DNA of 64,000 nucleotides, from the NCBI GenBank assembly GCA_037447605.1, contig CM074810.1:898760-962759 (forward strand), given 5' to 3'. Below the pieces are notes generated by a model. That model was not told the origin of the DNA, did no database searches, and worked only from the letters and a program-made list of their open reading frames with translations. The translations under genes were made by a program, and so were the position numbers. The first letter of the stretch is position 1, and each line of letters opens with the position of its first letter. This document shows positions 54,401 through 64,000 of this stretch, piece after piece. This stretch comes from Zygnema circumcarinatum SAG 698-1b (lineage: Eukaryota; Plantae; Zygnematophyceae).

Positions 54401-55055
54401 TTCAAAGTTTCCTTCTCTACCTGCATGAAGAAGTGTATTCAAGACTGGATGTGTTTTTTGACATTTTGAAATATTATCTTGTGCTGTAGGGCTTGCTTCT
54501 ACAGCGGATATTCTGAACCCAGATCTTGATTATGCCGAGCTTGCGTTCTATGCTGTCAATTTTGGATGGCATATTGACGGAATCGCTTGCAGTTCTGTCG
54601 AACAGTCAGCCTCGAGTGCAGTTGCCTCCTCCTTGGAAGCCGCCGCTGCCGTGTTGTACGATCTGATAGTGGAGACTTTACAAACGTTTAAAACAAGCTA
54701 CGAAGAAGACTTGGAGCTCTGGAATGGCTCTTTATCTGCCCAAGAAATCTGCACTCTTGACGAGAAATCGAAAGAGTGCGAATTGGCTTCAGGGAGCAAG
54801 CTTTCGCCGGAAATGGCGGCAGCCCTGCTATTCAGAATGTCGAAAAAAGCACTTCTCGCCGCCGTGGGGCACCGCATAAAGGACGATTGCGGCTCGAGGG
54901 GTGGGAGGAGGGGGAGGGAGGGAGAGGGAGAGGGAGAGGAGGGGGAGGGGGAGGAGGAGGGGGAGGGGGGTTGGCAACTGGGGGGGGCGGAGTTTGAAAC
55001 CACGAGTCAGCTTGAAACGGACCATTATGATAACGAGGCCTTTGCGGACTATTAG
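51438..55055 (+). CDS. SET-domain lysine methyltransferase of the Rubisco-LSMT/SETD3-6 class with a predicted N-terminal signal peptide, spliced
   Basis: Exons 51438-51854, 52183-52557, 53289-53528, 53834-54287, 54490-55055. Motifs ELLQWMHANG, FGLSAAADFVKGETLFSIP, SSFWAPFVNIFP, LPIFWT, FAWAMALVWTRCF, LLPFLDLANH, LYGSEDNEWFLTEYGF and C-terminal TFKTSYEEDLEL (substrate-binding domain). Confidence 0.88.
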
Positions 55056-55196
55056 GGGGGTGTCAGACTTAAGGAAATCTTACGAACAAAAAAGTTACTG
55101 AAGGACTACTCTAAAAGCGCACGGTATCGCGAGTTGTCACCGGAGTTCTCGTTTTGGTGTCATACTTATGAACAATTTGTGAAGTCTGACACGCCC
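55056..55196. mobile_element. MITE, same family, immediately after the SET gene stop codon
   Basis: Left GGGGGTGTCAGACTT, right AAGTCTGACACGCCC (14/15); 141 bp. Confidence 0.78.
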
Positions 55197-56480
55197 TGTT
55201 GAAAGGAAGGGAGGGAGGCTCTGATTTGACCTGCTTTGGGCGAGAAGAGGGCTGGATGATGGGGGAGAGAGTACGGATTAGGGTTTCAGAGCTGTGAAGA
55301 AGTTCTGAGGTTTTAGGGCAGGTAGGGAAGTGAAGTCGATCTTCTGGAGAGTGGTGTGTAGATTTTTGGTACTTAATGAAAACGTTTTGCGGTGGATTTG
55401 GGAGCGCTGCTGCTCACTTTATTTGGGGGATTTCAAGATTTTTTTTTTAATAAAAAAAGTTTCTTGTCTGTCGCTTATGACTTCTTTCCTGGTGGGTGTG
55501 TGAGCGAGCCATGGAGTTCACCAAGTTTTTGTTCCAAGGTGCACATCCAACATGGGCATATGTGAGGCGTTTCCATGTGGCGGTAAATCCTGTGCATGCA
55601 GACGGCAACTGCGATCAGTTTCCGTTAACAGTTGCTGTTTTTTCCAGAAGTCAAACGATCAAAAATTGCCGATCTACTATTACAAAGGGAGCGATCCACC
55701 CTTGTTACTCATTGAGAAACAAATATCCAATCATGATTTGCCACGTGTACTCACGTATGACGTGGCGATTTCTGTTTGGTCCATGTTTTTTACATCTTAC
55801 CGCACGTGTCAGATGGTGCGCACGTTTAAATGCGATTGTACAAACCATGGAACTGTACCTTCCTACAGCAACGCGCCGCCGAAGGCTGTTAAACTGCAGA
55901 GCATAGAACGACACAGGCGGCCAATCGTGTAGACGCGTAACCGCCCGTTTGTCGTTTCCTGCCGCCCACGCGGCCGGTCCCGCCGCTCGGATGCTGCCGC
56001 CCAGCCCGCCGCCAACCGCCGCTGCCGCCTCGCACAAAACGACAAATATTCCCGCCCGGGCGCGCTGTCGCGGCGTTAGGGCTTGGCCTCCTCGTACCGA
56101 ATCCGATCTCGCCACGTGGACCAGTTTTCACACGTGGTGCGTTTCCATTGGAGGATGATGATGACAATTGGTTCGAGGCCCTTTCAACGTTTCTCTTTCG
56201 CTCCTCTTTTGCTCCCTCCCTCCCATCTTCCTCTCTCTCTCTCACTCCCTCGCCCTCACCCTCTCTCCCTCTCCATCTCCCACTCTCCCCCTGGGCCTTT
56301 TTCCCACTCCCTCTCCCTCTCTCCCTCTCCCTCTCCCTCTAACGGCGCCCTCTCTCGCTCGCTCATCTCGCGTACGGCAGCGATGGTAGCTACAATGTCG
56401 GAAAGTGCGCTCCGCCGTCGATTCGCGGCGCGGGGATCTTGACGCGTGTGCGGCGCTGAGAGGGGCGGGGAGCGGAGGCC

Positions 56481-62934
<6,454 letters not shown>

Positions 62935-63489
62935 GTATGTCTCAGTTTGCTTGCGTTAGGATGTGTTTGTTCTATTTTTGTATTATCCTTTGAACGATTC
63001 GAGTTAACACATGGATTCTGTATAAACCAATGGATCGTGAAAAGTCATTGTTATTGGCGGTTACTCTATTTTGTATTACATTTTTTTTTCTATATCCATC
63101 ACCACTCTTTTTAGTGACTCATCAAATGGCACTAAGCCTATGCTTGTGAAATCAAAAAGCTTTGTGTTGAGCGAATGCAAGGTTAGAGAACAGCAAACTG
63201 TGTAAACACAGTTATCAATTCGGGGAGGGCTACCCACCTAAAGGAGACCCCTTTTGCTGCCCTCCCTCACAACACAAACGATGTGGTGAATTCTACCATC
63301 AACCATTTTTGGTATCTATGTAGTGAACTATAAGATAGTTTATGGTAGGGTAGAGAATAAGCAAGTAATGCTGGCTACGTGGAGAGCGTGCAAAATAAGC
63401 GATGCGTAAAGTTGACGAAATGAGCTTCGAGCTTGCTTCGCGATGACAACGGCTTACAATACCTAACAAATGTTTGCTGGAAGCTTGCT

Positions 63490-63989
63490 AAGTTTCACCG
63501 TATGCACTCATAAGGTGAAACAGCCGACCGATGGGTGACGAAGTCACAGGCGACCTAAGGGTGACGAAGTCACAGGAGCGCAGCGAGCGCCGCGACCAGA
63601 GGGAGCAGGCGACCAAAGGGCCGTAGGCAAGCGACCGTAGGGAGCGCAGTAAAACAAGCGAGCGCAGCGAGCGCCGCGACCATAGGGCGGAGCAGGCGAC
63701 CGAAGGGAGCAGGCGACCGAAGGGAGCGCAGTGAAACAAGACCTTCGCTCGCCCGGCGCTCACTGCGTTCGCTTGTTTCACCGTAAAACCGAGCGAGCTT
63801 GCTCGCGAGTCGAGCGCAGGAAAACAAGCTCGCTCATAGCGCTATGCACTCTGCGCTACCTTCGGTAGCCTGTTCGCTGCGCTCACCCTTCGGTCGCCAG
63901 CTCCGCCCTTCGGTAGCTTGTTTCACCGAGCGCCGCGACCGAAGCGAGCAGGAGCGTAGCGCGGCGCTCACTGCGTTCGCTTGTTTCAC
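63490..63989. repeat. GC-rich shuffled short-repeat / hairpin array
   Basis: Recurring modules GGGTGACGAAGTCACAGG x2, GAGCGCAGCGAGCGCCGCGACC x2, GGAGCAGGCGACC x3, GCGCTCACTGCGTTCGCTTGTTTCAC x2, and many CCGAAGG/CCTTCGG. Ends at an N gap. Confidence 0.8.
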
Positions 63990-64000
63990 NNNNNNNNNNA

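Noticed and set aside
63488-63989. CRISPR-like array or group II intron
   Set aside because: Repeats are irregular, in both orientations and lack unique equal-length spacers. No cas genes, and no domain V or GUGYG/AY ends were recognised.

Overview
Eukaryotic, intron-rich nuclear DNA. The proteins resemble land-plant homologues, and the promoter and microsatellite style suggests a streptophyte alga, possibly Zygnematophyceae/Closterium-like (inference only). Bases 1-3.96 kb hold two Ty1/copia LTR-retrotransposon pieces on the minus strand. After that come ten spliced genes reconstructed by hand: a histidine-phosphatase/PGM-like gene, TRAP-alpha, an F-box/CW/SNF2/RING helicase, CSN5, a class-3 lipase, GINT1-like GT64, an orphan putative plastid membrane protein, a TSP1-repeat membrane protein, a signal-peptide-bearing SET/LSMT methyltransferase, and an NT-C2 protein that probably runs off the end of the window. 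Repeats include a ~140-bp MITE family, a long-TIR foldback element, a dispersed ~170-bp repeat family and very long intronic (GA/CT)n tracts. There are six 10-N assembly gaps. I saw no rRNA, tRNA or CRISPR array. The strongest leads are the apparently secretory-pathway SET methyltransferase, the Atg15-like lipase, the TSP1 membrane protein, the F-box helicase/CSN5 head-to-head pair, and kilobase AG-free (CT)n introns with distant branch-point candidates. Family assignments come from motif recognition from memory; no database search was run.
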